Of a stretch of DNA of 64,000 nucleotides, positions 39,052-52,400 are shown in pieces. Source of the stretch: Macrostomum hystrix (Eukaryota > Animalia > Platyhelminthes). Position numbers and translations under genes: made by a program. The DNA is taken from assembly GCA_950097015.1 (NCBI GenBank), contig CATNEN010000039.1:16182001-16246000 (forward strand), in the 5' to 3' direction. The notes below the pieces were generated by a model that searched no databases, had not been told where the DNA came from, and was given only the letters and a program-made list of their open reading frames with translations. Numbering within the stretch: position 1 is the stretch's first letter; every line of letters starts with the position of its first letter.

Positions 39052-40048
39052 CTCAGCTGAGAACTATCAATCAGTCCACAGATCCTCACTTCAGAGTCAG
39101 TCCACAGATCCTCAGCTAAGAGTCAGTCCACAGATCCTCACTTCAGAGTCAGTCCACAGATCCTCAGCTAAGAGTCAGTCCACAGATCCTCAGTTGAGAG
39201 TCAGTCCACAGATCCTCAGCTAAGAGTCAGCCACAGATCCTCACTTCAGAGTCAGTCCACAGATCCTCACTTCAGAGTCAGTCCACAGATCCTCACTTCA
39301 GAGTCAGTCCACAGATCCTCAGCTAAGAGTCAGTCCACAGATCCTCAGCTGAGAGTCAGATCACAGATCCTCAGTTGAGAACTATCAGTCAGCTCACACA
39401 TCCTCAGTTGAGAACTATCAGTCAGCTCACACATCCTCAGTTGAGAACTATCAGTCAGCTCACACATCCTCAGTTGAGAACTATCAGTCAGCTCACACAT
39501 CCTCAGTTGAGAACTATCAGTCAGCTCACACATCCTCAGTTGAGAACTATCAATCAGCTCACACATCCTCAGTTGAGAACTATCAGTCAGCTCACACATC
39601 CTCAGTTGAGAACTATCAGTCAGCTCACACATCCTCAGTTGAGAACTATCAGTCAGCTCACACATCCTCAGTTGAGAACTATCAGTCAGCTCACACATCC
39701 TCAGTTGAGAACTATCAGTCAGCTCACACATCCTCAGTTGAGAACTATCAGTCAGCTCACACATCCTCAGTTGAGAACTATCAGTCAGCTCACACATCCT
39801 CAGTTGAGAACTATCAGTCAGCTCACACATCCTCAGTTGAGAACTATCAGTCAGCTCACACATCCTCAGTTGAGAACTATCAGTCAGCTCACACATCCTC
39901 AGTTGAGAACTATCAGTCAGCTCACAGATCCTCAGTTGAGAACTATCAGTCAGCTCACAGATCCTCAGTTGAGAACTATCAGTCAGCTCACACATCCTCA
40001 GTTGAGAACTATCAGTCAGCTCACACATCCTCAGTTGAGAACTATCAG
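39052..40048. repeat. Compound array: 26-bp units followed by related 33-bp units
   Basis: gagtcagtccacagatcctcagctaa, then tcagttgagaactatcagtcagctcacacatcc. Confidence 0.95.
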
Positions 40049-40573
40049 TTCTAAATAGTTCTAATTTCATAATTTTTGCCCAACTTGCCTCTTGGATTAG
40101 CAATAAACAAACAGTGTTGCCATGCAAATGTGACGTTTTATCTACGTAGCTCAGGCTTATCAAATTCCTGCCGATTTCTTAGTTTAGCTTGCTGACCTGA
40201 TAAAGAAATCAAAATGATTTGAGCCCTAAATTTGTATGCATTACATTGGATTGGAATGAATGAAATCAATATACTCTCGTATCTTTAAACACTCACGAGT
40301 GTCCACTGATAAGACAGTTGTTGATACGAGAAAAATCTTTACCGACAACCCAAAAATGGAATCTGATTAAATTTGTTTATTTAGCATAAATCAAAACTGC
40401 GGCACTACTCTAGGCCTGTGAAAATTAAATATTTTTGGTGCTCGGCCTACAATCTGCTTATTTGATAGACAGAAAGACAGGCGAACGGGAAGCTCCTAGA
40501 TTTCTTTGTCAAATCCTCACGTGCTGACACATATTCCACGTATAATAAGCTAGCTAGCTAGGGAGTTAGAAAC

Positions 40574-43500
40574 ATGAAGCAACAGCTGCGCCTTTTCTTC
40601 GGGACAACAGCAACTGTGGTGCTACTGCTAGCTAGCATGGCCAATGCTCAGGACTTCATTTGGGGCGCTGCCACCTCCTCGTACCAGATTGAGGGCGCCT
40701 GGGATGCCGACGGTAAGAAATTTAGTCTGGTTGAGTTCAAATTGAGCAGTCGTACTACAAAAGTAGAAGGGCGATTTCTTGTGCAAAAGAACACATTGCT
40801 TGAATACGACTGGGCCATAGACAGTCGTATGCGGCCCATTGACTTGGGCAGCTATTGCGCTGCGCATTTTAAGTCCACGTACGAATGTTAAGTCCGTGGA
40901 CTGTGGGGGCGTCGCATGTACCCACCCTCAATTACCCCAGCTGATGCTGGTACCCATTCAACAGCTGGGGTGAACTGAAGCAATGCAGAGCTAAGTGTCT
41001 TGCTAAAGGACACAAATTGTTCCAGAGGAATCGAGAATCGAACCTCCGACCTTCAAGTCGTGAGTGAGACACTATATGTCCAGGCTCTATTTCGCTGACT
41101 CCTGAGCACACACGCACACAGATACCTTACGCAGGCATACTCTCACACAGGTGTGTACATCTGCCCTGACTTTCTCATCGTCAGGCAGTGTACACTTCAC
41201 TGTGCCTTGGAGGTTGGCCCTGGTCAAGGGCGTAAATGTCACGACAAGCCCCCAAGCCTTCTCTCCACGGGCTGTGCCCAATTTAATGTCGCCTCTCGCG
41301 AAATCGAGCTCAGGGACCTCAGTGCGAGTAGCAAACGCGTTAACCGCTCTGCCCCTGTATGCACCTTAGGCAATGTCAAACTGTTACTAATTTAATTATA
41401 GTAAAAAGTAAAAGGCGTCATTTTTTGACTTCCAGGCAAAGGCATGAGCATCTGGGACCATTTCGTCCGACAGCCGGGCACAATCGCCGACAACAGCACT
41501 GGCGACGTGGCCTGCCGAAGCTACGAAAAGTACCAAGAAGATGTTCAGCTGCTCAAGCAAATGGGAGTTAACGGCTACCGATTCTCGATCTCCTGGCCTC
41601 GGGTCCTGCCCAACGGCACATTGGCCGGCGGAGTCAACAGGAAGGGCGTGGACTACTACAAGAATCTGGTTGACGCACTTTTGGCCAACAATATCCAGCC
41701 CATGGCTACACTGTACCACTGGGACCTGCCACTGGCGCTGCAGAACCAGTTCAATGGTTGGGAGAGCGAGCAAATTATTCCCCACTTTGTTGACTACTGC
41801 AACCTCATGTTCCAGGAGTTGGGCGACAAGGTGAGGGGATTGGCTTTGTTGTGTCTCATCAGCAGGTGAATCACCTGTTTTGGTTGGTATGTGGGGGGGA
41901 GTGTGGCAGAGCCGTCTAAAGCGTTTGCCACTCGCACCAACAAGGTCCCTGAGCTCGATTCCGCGACGAGGCCACATTAATTTCGGGCGCAGCTGCGGAG
42001 ATAAGGCTTGGGGGCTTGTCGTGAAATTTACGCCCTTGAGGGGCCAACCTCCAAGGCACCGTGAGAGTGTACACTGCCTGACAATGAAAAAGTCAGGGCA
42101 GATGTACACACCTGTGTGAGCGTGTGCCTGCGTACAGTATCTGTGCGCGTGTGTGCTCAGATTTGCCTCCTCGCTGTCTGTGGGTCTAGTGTCACCAAAT
42201 GATGCGCCATTGCCAACAGCAGTAATAACTATAATTATTATTGATGGGTATGTACACGGATGTCTCATCAACAGGTGAACCACCTGTTTCAGATGGGTCA
42301 GGTTTACTGAGATAGCGGTCAAATAGCATCAAAATAGCTGCGGGGATTTGTCAATAAAAATTGTTTTATTGTCGACGTATGTGAAACTATAAGCACCTGT
42401 TGACTAGCTCAATTTTCGTATCTCTTTTAGTTGGAACTAAAAAGAATTTTTCTGATAAGATTTCGCCATTTAAAACATTAAGCCTATGATCATTTTAGAT
42501 CAAGAAATTAAATTGAGCAAATTAAAGTGACAGAAGTTTAAGACAGGGACCCATTTGAGTTTGAATTAAAAAATCATTATCTTATCATTGTCTCTTATTC
42601 AAGTAGGTCACTCTAAGACTGTTTGAAATGAAATCTACAGAATATGTTTTCAAGACCCATATCTGGAAAATTCCGAAAAACTTTGACTTCTGATCTGACC
42701 TCTTTAACTTTGAGTTCGGTTCAAAAGTGGTCTGAGTCGAAACGATAAAATTCTAAGCTAATTTTGACAGCTGCTCTCGACCTTCGAATTAATTGACGCT
42801 TTTATCAATCCAACGAAAGAAGTTTTTTGAAGTTTATTTCCATGAAACTACCAGATTTTTTACCAGGACGTAACTATCAGAGATTGCTTTGATGTGCTGC
42901 CGCTACGGACTTTCTTTAGAACTCCTTTGATGTGCCGCCTTGGGTTCTACTTAGAAGTGCTTTGATGTGCCGCCTTGGGTTCTCCTTAGGAGTGCTTTGA
43001 TGTGCCGCCTTGGGTTCTCCTTAGAAGTGCTTTGATGTGCCGCCTTGGGTTCTCCTTAGGAGTGCTTTGATGTGCCGCCTTGGGTTCTCCTTAGAAGTAC
43101 TTTGATGTGCCGCCTTGGGTTCTCCTTAGAAGTGCTTTGATGTGCCGCCTTGGGTTCTCCTTAGGAGTGCTTTGATGTGCCGCCTTGGGTTCTCCTTAGA
43201 AGTGCTTTGATGTGCCGCCTTGGGTTCTCCTTAGAAGTGCTATGATGTGCCGCCAAATATGTCCTCTGTCGGCAGCTTTTTGATCGTCCGTCACTGGTTC
43301 TCTTAAGGCAGCTTTCTAAACCATTAAATAGGTCTAACAATACTTGTTCCCGTCCACCTGCAGGTGAAATGGTGGATCACCTTCAACGAGCCCTGGGTTT
43401 TCAACGTACTTGGCAACGGCCTGGGAACTCACGCGCCGGGTAAGAAGGACCTAGTCAACAATGTCTACATTGTGGCCCACAATCTGCTTCGCGCGCACGC

Positions 43501-46500
43501 CAAGGCCTATAGGTCCTACGAGAGCAAGTTCAAGCCAACACAGAAGGGCCTGGTCGGTATTACTCTGAATGGCGCCTTCAGCTTGCCCAAGACTGACACT
43601 GAGCTGGACAAGAAGGCAGCTCAGCGCGCCATGGAGTTCATTTTCGGCTGGTACGCCGACCCGGTCTATTTTGGAGACTATCCGAAGGAGATGCGCGACC
43701 GCATCGCCAACAAGAGTGCCGCGGCTGGCCTGCCAAAGTCCAGGTCCGATTGGGGGCCGCAGTACTGGACAAACTGATGACAGACATCGTGTATTAGATA
43801 GACCACCCAGAACTCAGAACAGACAGAAAAACAGACATCAATGACGGACAGTAACCCAAGACAGACAGACACCAATGACAGACAGACACCAATGACGGAC
43901 AGTAACCCAAGACAGACAGACACCAATGACAGACAGACACCCAGGACAGACAGACACCAATGACAGACAGACACCAATGACAGACAGACACCAATGACAG
44001 ACAGACACCAATGACAGACAAACACCAATGACAGACAAACACCAATGACGGACAAACACCAATGACGGACAGTAACCCAAGACAGACAGACACCAAGACA
44101 GACAGACACCAATGACAGACAGACACCAATGACAGACAGACACCAATGACAGACAAACACCAATGACGGACAGTAACCCAAGACTGACAGACACCAATGA
44201 AAGACAGACCCCAATGACAGACAGACACCCAGGACAGACACCCAGGACAGACACCCAGGACAGACATCTAGGAGAGACAGATAAACAGACACCAATGACA
44301 GACAGACACCAATGACAGACAAACACCAATGACGGACAGTAACCCAAGACTGACAGACACCAATGACAGACAAACACCAATGACGGACAGTAACCCAAGA
44401 CTGACAGACACCAATGACAGACAGACACAAATGAAAGACAGACCCCAATGACAGACAGACACCCAGGACAGACACCCAGGACAGACACCCAGGACAGACA
44501 TCTAGGAGAGACAGATAAACAGACACCAATGACAGACAGACACCAATGACAGACAGGCACCAATGACAGACAGACACCAATGACAGACAGACACCAATGA
44601 CAGACAGGCACCAATGACAGACAGACACCAATGACAGACAGACACCAATGACAGACAGACACCAATGACAGACAGACACCAATGACAGACAGACACCAAT
44701 GACAGACAGACACCCAGAACAGACAGACACCCAGGACAGACAGGCAGACAGTCCAGGGACACCAGCAAACCCTGATTCTCGGCCCACAGGCTGCCCGAGT
44801 TCACAGCCGAGGAGAAAAATGAGATCAATGGCACCAGCGACTTCTTCGGCCTTAACTATTATTCTTCAAGTATCGCTGCCCACAAAGATCTCAGCAACAA
44901 TGGCGGCTACTTCGACGATCAGGATCTCGAGTCGTCGCAGGATCCGAGCTGGCCAGGCAGCGGCAGCATCTGGCTGAAGGTGACGCCGTTCGGTATTCGC
45001 AGCGCCATCAACTGGCTGAGCGATCGCTACGGCAATCCGCCGCTGGCAGTCACGGAGAACGGAGTGTCAGACAACACCGGAGTTGTTAACGATCCGCACC
45101 GCATCGATTTCTACAGGGAGTACATCGGCAACGTCACGGAGGGTAAGTGCGTACTTTGTTTGAGCATCTAAGGGATTCTAATCCGACATACGTTGATGGT
45201 CGCTTTTCCAAGACAAAGCTATCGTTTTTAAACGAAAATTCCCGCTTCGGAAAAAAAGTTTTTGTCACTCGTCATTAGAAGTTCTAAACATTTCTAGAAA
45301 TAAACGTCGTTCTTAGAAATAACATTTTCTAGAAAGCCATCATTTATAACAAAAAATACGATTCCTAGAAAATCGTCATTCATAAAAAATTAAGATTCCT
45401 AGAAAATCGTCATTCATAAAAATTACGATTCCTAGAAAATCATCATTCATAAAAAATTACGATTCCTAGAAAATCATCATTCATAAAAAATTACGATTCC
45501 TAGAAAATCGTCATTCATAAAAAATTACGATTCCTAGATAATCGTCATTCATAAAAAATTATGATTCCTAGAAAATCGTCATTCATAAAAAATTATGATT
45601 CCTAGAAAATCGTCATTCCTAGAAAAGCGCCTTAATAGAAACTTTTCGTCCCTAGAAAATTATTTTTTGTAGAAAACCGAAGGCTTAAAAATATAAATTT
45701 CTAAAAGAATTACTTTGTAAAAATCTAAGAAAATTATTGCTTGAACAACATAGAATCGTTTCTTCAGAATTACTTCTATTAAAAAAATAATAAACATAAA
45801 ACTGATGAATGTAACTTACCCGAAAAAGCTGTGCTTCTCTTGGGATTTAAATTTTCTTTAGCCAGTCGATTTGGATTTGCCAAAGCTGCGCCAGTCCTAC
45901 AGACACGCTTTAAATTAACTAGTTCAATCCATTCCTTTATAGTGTGGGCTTAAATAACTTTCAAAAATGAATAAATACAAGATGGTCATCATGGGTGCGC
46001 ATGCTTTTTAGGTTAATGGCGCGATTTGTGCAAATTGAGCACGTCGCACACTAGTGAGGCGTGCAACAGTTCAGAGAAATATTAATTGTTGTATCAAAAT
46101 GCTTTATTATCTACTGCAAGTAGTGTGTATTTTGCGTGTTTAAGGTTTTGCTTTAAATTTTTACGTTGCTAAGTATTTTACTGCATCTGTTAACCTAGAA
46201 GAATCTTGCATTTTTAGTTATAATATTTTATTGAAAATCACTCCTCATTTGCCAAACCTCGCAGCCAAGTATGTCGACAAGCGCAACGTCGTCGGCTACT
46301 TCGCCTGGTCCCTGATGGACAACTTCGAATGGGCTGAAGGCTACAAGGAGCACTTCGGCATTGTTGCCGTCGACTTCAACAATCCAGAACGGCCCAGAAC
46401 GATGAAGGATAGCGCTAAATGGTACCGCGACTACATCGCCGCGGCCACCACCCCGGCCACGACCGCGGCTCCGCAGCCATCGACCACAACTAAGGCTGGC

Positions 46501-46584
46501 TCAGTTGTGACCGCAGCTCTTGGCGCTGTCCTAGTAGCCTGCGGCATGATACTGTCGGCTATTAATCTACCCTTCATGCACTGA
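40574..46584 (+). CDS. Glycoside hydrolase family 1 beta-glucosidase (lactase/klotho-like single domain), 5 exons: 40574-40712, 41436-41830, 43364-43743, 44790-45142, 46265-46584
   Basis: Signal peptide; [36 protein letters not shown] (acid/base), VTENG (nucleophile), WSLMDNFEW; hydrophobic C-terminus. Confidence 0.94.
40870..41075 (-). mobile_element. CORE-type SINE (second family); fainter relics near 1300-1375 and 19965-20070
   Basis: Reverse strand has B box ggttcgattc and tgtgtcctttagcaagacacttagc...cagctgttgaatgggtacc, resembling the CORE domain. Confidence 0.7.
41085..41367 (-). mobile_element. tRNA-derived SINE copy (3'-truncated)
   Basis: Reverse-complement match to 22012-22239 and 41893-42160. 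Confidence 0.88.
41893..42243 (+). mobile_element. tRNA-derived SINE copy
   Basis: A/B boxes, central hairpin, AT-rich tail. Confidence 0.88.
42885..43255. repeat. 35-bp minisatellite tttgatgtgccgccttgggttctccttagRagtgc
   Basis: About 10 units. Confidence 0.95.
43780..44755. repeat. GACA-rich compound satellite (17-bp gacaccaatgacagaca)
   Basis: GH1 intron 3. Confidence 0.95.
45355..45625. repeat. 34-bp minisatellite attcctagaaaatcgtcattcataaaaaattacg
   Basis: About 8 units. Confidence 0.93.
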
Positions 46585-48813
46585 GTTGTTGTTTGAGTCC
46601 ATTGGCCTAGTTGATGGAGTCCAATACACCCGCAGACAAGTATCACTCGCTGATATCGATGTCATTAAAATGTTTGATTTGAAGTTTTGACAAACATTTT
46701 CACTGTTTCGGATTTTCGTAAGTATCGCTGTTCTTATTGATTTTATTAATGATTCAGAAAGTTAATTAATCTGCAGGTCATCATTTTTGGACGGATGCAA
46801 ATATATAGCTTTCTTTTGGTTAATAATATTACGTGCAATAATTGTAGCTTTACTAATTTCTTCTGGATAAATTTCGTGTCGGATAACTATAGCCCACCAA
46901 AACTATTAACACCACGTTTTCACTTATTTAACTTAGATTTTTTCAATTAAGACCTTACAAATCAAATATTTAATTATATGAACTTACTGTCATGTTACCA
47001 CTATTGTATCAACTTGGCACACCTAGCTGCTTTTCTGTCAATTAAACTTTATGCCTAACTTAACTATGCTTAGCTTATGCTTTAAAGTCATCTGCTTTTG
47101 AAAAAAAGACTATAATAAATTAAACGTACTTGTAAGTTGCATGTCGAAAAAATTACTTTTGGTAACTTGTCCTTGACGATCCGTATTTTATTTCTCTATC
47201 AAAATCGGATTACTTTCACACAGGTAAATATATATATTGTTTCGGATTTGCATTACTTTTTTTCAATTATTACTATTAAATATAAAATCATGATTTTATA
47301 TGTACTTCTAGAGCTGGTTTAGGTGTGCTGGTAGTGTTAGTTGCAGCACAAGTACCACTGTAGTAATACAATGGATTGTAGTATAGCACAGTTATACTAC
47401 TGTAGATATACTACAGTCATGATTCTCGTCCACAAAAAACGATAAAACCAATACATAAGCAACAACAATTAAAAATACATGATAGTTGACAATATAAACA
47501 ATAAAATCAGCAAAGAACAATAAGATTCAACCACTTGAATTTTACCTAGTATCTTGAAAACGTAGTCCATCATTAGTTGATATAAATACGGGTACTTCAG
47601 AAAAAAGAGAATCAGAGAGTATCTGAACTTCTGGAGATGACTGTGCATTTTTTATAGGATACATTTTTTCGGATTAGATGTGCTACTGGAGTAATGCCAG
47701 TACGGAAAGAATATTCTAATCTGATTATACACCGACATTATACGCTAGCGCGAAAGATTTGGCGATAATTTAAAATGTGTTTTTTATCTGCATGTTCTCG
47801 ACGCAGAACGAACCAGTCAAGGGTATCAGTATCTGTGGGAAGATCATTAAGAACAAGAAGCAAGATATGGATGCTTAAGATAATAGACCAACTAGTCATT
47901 TGTTGTAAGGTTCATTGAATAGTAAACTTGATAGTTTAGTTTCCAAAATTCTTACTTATAGGCAAAATTTTACTTTTTTGAGAACAATATCAACTATATG
48001 TATATTATATTATATTATTTATAATTATTTCAATATAATATTATAATTATATCTATATGTATTTATTTATGTGAAGAGAATCTATGTTTTTGTGTCTTCT
48101 TCAAAGTTAATAAATACTAGCTAAATATAAAATTTGCTTACATAAAACATATTGCCAATATTGGTTCATTATTGTTCAAATACATGGTTTGCAGTATATA
48201 TTTTAGTGAAAGAAAAAATATATAATTTACTATTCTATTATTTTTTAATTCACCACTCAAAGAGAAAAACGTTTACTTTATTAAATTCTAATATTTTGTT
48301 TTTTATAGGTAATAGCATTTACTACCTGTGTATTTTATTATATATATTTAGACTTATTTCTTTTCCCAGCATTTTCATATTTTCAGATTTCTGCTTTTAT
48401 AGTTGAGAATAATTGCAAATAAAATGGTTGATACATATATATGCCTTCCAGTTCTAAAACATTTTACAAAACAGTTATTTTTTTATTCACTTTTTTCTTT
48501 TTTGCTGGTATAAAATGGTATTTTTGAAACACCTACACTCGTTTAACTTAAAAGAACCAAAGTTATCGTTAAAGAAATATATTATTTTGTTGAACTTCTT
48601 CGTGCTGACTTTCAAATCCTTAAAAGTTAGAAATAAATAGTAATAAATAGTGCCCCATGCCCCCTGCAAATATGTAATTAAATAGTAATAATAATTATAA
48701 CACTTATTGATGTAGGAAGATAATTTTTTTGTTTTCAAGGATCGATATCCTTGATTAACCGATAGTCAAAGCCTTTTAAAGCTAATTCTAGCCTACATTT
48801 AAATTATATATGG

Positions 48814-49064
48814 CAGTGGCGGCGCAGGGGGGGGGCGGGCTGCCCCCAGGTGACCACCCCTCACCACCCTCAGGGGGTGACCACCCACTTAAAAAAAATC
48901 GGTACTTTACCATATTTTTTCAAAAGTGTGGTCACCCCATGGGGCATGGGGGTGGTCACCTGAGACCTTTTTTTTTATTTTTTCTGGGGATGACCACCCA
49001 GCCGGGCGGGGTGACCACCCAACCACCGCCCCCCCCCCCAGCTGGAGGTCCTGCGCCGCCACTG
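48814..49064. mobile_element. hAT-type MITE (251 bp)
   Basis: 15-bp perfect TIR cagtggcggcgcagg/cctgcgccgccactg, 8-bp TSD atatatgg (48806-48813 and 49065-49072), internal ggtgaccacccc repeats. Confidence 0.92.
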
Positions 49065-49201
49065 ATATATGGGTTAAATCGTGCATTCGAATCATTTGAG
49101 CCCTAATAAATACCAAACAGCTACAAATCTAGTATTGACACAATATTTAACTAAAAGCTTCAGATAAAAAATTTGGCTAATTTAGTCCAACACATTTGGA
49201 C

Positions 49202-49419
49202 ATGAAAAGCCAGGGACAGGGTAATGATGCTGCTGACTTAGGTGCAGCTGATTCAACTTCAATTAACACCTGGTCAAAGCGTCTGTTCTTTGGAAGTAGT
49301 ACCGGCAGGTTGTTTGGTCATGCTACCAGATCTGCCAGCTTGTGTTTAACTGTCCCAGCCGCTCCATTGGCTGACACTGAGGCGTCTGCAGCTGATGCGG
49401 GCTTTAGTGCCCGACAACT

Positions 49420-49456
<37 letters not shown>

Positions 49457-52400
49457 TCGAGATCTTGGCGTGAAAGTAAAGCGAAGAGTAGTCGCAGGTA
49501 GTAGTAGTTAATTATGACGAGTTATTTGGGTTATTTGTTGGTTCTTTATAATTTACATGATTCTCTTGATTCCACGTTTTTTTCTGGCCTGAAAAGTGCG
49601 AGCTCCTCCTACAAATGAATTAGAATTAATTACCTGATCCGAATTCCTTCCGTTACCATCACCCACCCCACCTTCGAATTCCGTCCCTCACCATAACCCA
49701 CCCCACCTTCGAATTCCGTCCCTCACCATCACCCACCCCTCCTCCTAATTCCGTCCCTTACCATGCCCCACCCCTCCTCCAACTTCCGTCCCTTAGAATC
49801 ACCCACCCCTCCTCCAAATTTCGTCCCTCACCCACCTGCCACCTCTCCTCCAAAGTCCTCTGAATTACCATCACCCACCCCTCCTCCAAATTCCGTCCCT
49901 TATTTTCACCCACCCGTCTCCGAATTCCATCTTTAAAATCGCCCACCCATCGCTTCACAGGTACAAGCGCCTGGTGTTCAAGAATGGCGAATGCAACATA
50001 TCTCAGTACAATATAAAGAAGAGGAAGCGCAGATTTCTTGCCGATATCTTTACAACCCTGGTTGATATTAAATGGCGCTATGCTCTATTATTCTTCATCG
50101 TAGCCTTCATCTCAAGTTGGTTATTCTTCTCGCTAATCTGGTGGCTTGTTTGCTTCTCACATGGCGACTTTGAGCACCCGAAGCCGCAGGGATTCAAGCC
50201 CTGCGTTGTAAATCTATTTGATTTCACTGGCGCGCTGCTGTTTTCAATTGAAACTCAGCACACCATTGGCTACGGCACCAGGTATCCTACTGACCGATGC
50301 CCTGAGGCCGTGCTAATGGTCATGGTGCAGAGCTGCTTCGGTGTCATTATCCAGGTGAGGCTAGTTATTGCTGTCTCTATTTTGATAGATTTTGTTGCAA
50401 GAGTATTAACCTAGATTATTCGAATGCTATACTCATTGCAATCTGTTCTATCATGTCACAAGCTACCCTATTTCATTCTCATTCTCATTCCATTGTATCA
50501 CATCTCAATGCATGCAACTATTAAATTCCATTCATATCTCATCCCTCCCATCCCATCCCATCCCATCCCTTCCCATCCCATCTCGTCCCATCTCGTCCCA
50601 TCCTATCCCATCATATCCTATCCCATCTCATCTCATCCCATCCCATCCCATCTCATCCCATCCCATCTCGTCCCATCCAATCTCATCCCATCTCATACTA
50701 TCCCAACCCATCCCATCCCATCCCATCCCATCCCATCCCATCCCATCCCATCTAATCCTATCCCACTATCCTATGCTACGAGTATTCCAACCAATTATAT
50801 TCTCTCTAATTAAAAGCCACGTTAAGCCACTAATTCTGTTGGATAGACACGCACTTGAATCCCATTTCCCAACCAATGCGAACACTCCGGAGCAGGCTCT
50901 GATGACAGGCTTGGTGTTCGCCAAGCTCTCCCGGCCAAAGAAGCGTGCCGAGACGCTGATGTTTAGCAAAAGTGCGGTCATCTGCAAACGCGACGGCCAG
51001 ATGGTGCTGCTGTTTCGCGTCGGCGACATGCGCAAATCCCAACTAATAGAAGCCCACATTCGCGGCATACTAATCAAGAAGCGGATAACGCGCGAAAATG
51101 AAGTCCTACCGTTGGAACAATACGACATAGATTTGGGCTTTAACAACGGCTATGATAGGCTGTTCCTAGTCTGGCCAATCATTGTCGAGCACAAGATCGA
51201 TAGCGGCTCGCCATTCTGGGAAATTTCAGCCGACGATCTGCAAACGGAACAATTCGAATTGATTGTCATACTAGAGGGCATTATTGAATCTACTGGCATG
51301 ACAACCCAGGCTAGATCCAGCTACCTGCCCTCAGAGATTCGATGGGGCCATAGGTTTGAACGCCTGATCACTTACCAGAAAGATAACGGAGAGTATCAGA
51401 TTAACTATGAGAAGTTTCACGCTACTAAGGAAATCATTAAGTGAGTTATTTAAAATTATCTGAACCTAACAAGAACTACAAACGGTGGGAATTCTCCCCT
51501 GACAATTATTAGTCAGCTAGAATCACCATGTTGAAGGTAGTGACGGTGTCGGGGTGGTGACTGATTGGTCGACAGACCAGGTGAGGGTCCTGTGGTTGAT
51601 CTTCGTCCCATATTGAGGCTTGATCAGTGAAATGGGAGAATTTAGCATCAGGGTGTACATATTCGGCTGGTGCCACTTGTTGAAGGTCTAGCAGTTCCGT
51701 CTAGATAAAGGTGCGTGACCACAGAAGTCAGAGATGATGCAGGCACATTCGGGTGCCGAGCTGATAAAGTTTTGAAGGCCTGACAAGGCTGCACTGAGGT
51801 GGGAAATGGGAAAATTATTATGGGAAAAATCTGACCTTCGGCCAGAAACATTGAATATCTCGACGGTCTGAAAAGCTGGCGACTTGATTCTTGTTTCAAA
51901 AGATGCGCAACAAAAAGTTGGTCCGAGTTCTTGAGTTTCGTGAGCTTGCGTTGCTCCGTTCGGGTGCAGCACAAAAACTTGTCAGGGGGGATTCCCCCGG
52001 TAGTTCTACTATTAATTAGAATCCTAGCTACTCTCGCCTTATTTCTTTTGTGTTGAAGATTTCCCCGCTGTTCAGCCCGGGAACTGGCGGACCTGGGCGG
52101 CGACGGAGAAGCCGACAACCTGTCCGAGCTGGGCTACATCGAGGACGACGAGATGTCTCTGGCTAGTAGAAGCTTTAATAACGCATCTGGCCTGGCTGTA
52201 GCTTTTAAGCAGCAGCAGCAGCAGCAGCATCATCATCTTCGCCGCAACGGTTCGGTTCGCTTCGAAGAATGCTCATCGTCGAGCACCACCGCGCGGTCTC
52301 GCAGACACGGCTCGCTTCGCGTCGTGTCCTCCTCCTCCGTTGCTCATCGGGCCGCGTTGGCGGCGGCTACAGCTGCGTCGGTCGACAGTGTCGATGCGCC

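Noticed and set aside
34232-40163. 408-, 245-, 272- and 227-aa repeat ORFs
   Set aside because: Products of 45-bp and 33-bp minisatellites; no independent coding evidence
41396-42322. 308-aa minus-strand ORF
   Set aside because: Antisense shadow of GH1 exon 2 plus SINE sequence
43678-44834. Cys/Val-rich antisense ORFs
   Set aside because: GACA satellite inside GH1 intron 3
45802-45830. ctgatga...cgaaa hammerhead-like core
   Set aside because: The helix II closing pair and flanking helices cannot be formed
47790-47825. Upstream Kir coding exon (MFSTQNEPVK)
   Set aside because: Weak donor, and its phase is incompatible with the acceptor at 49185
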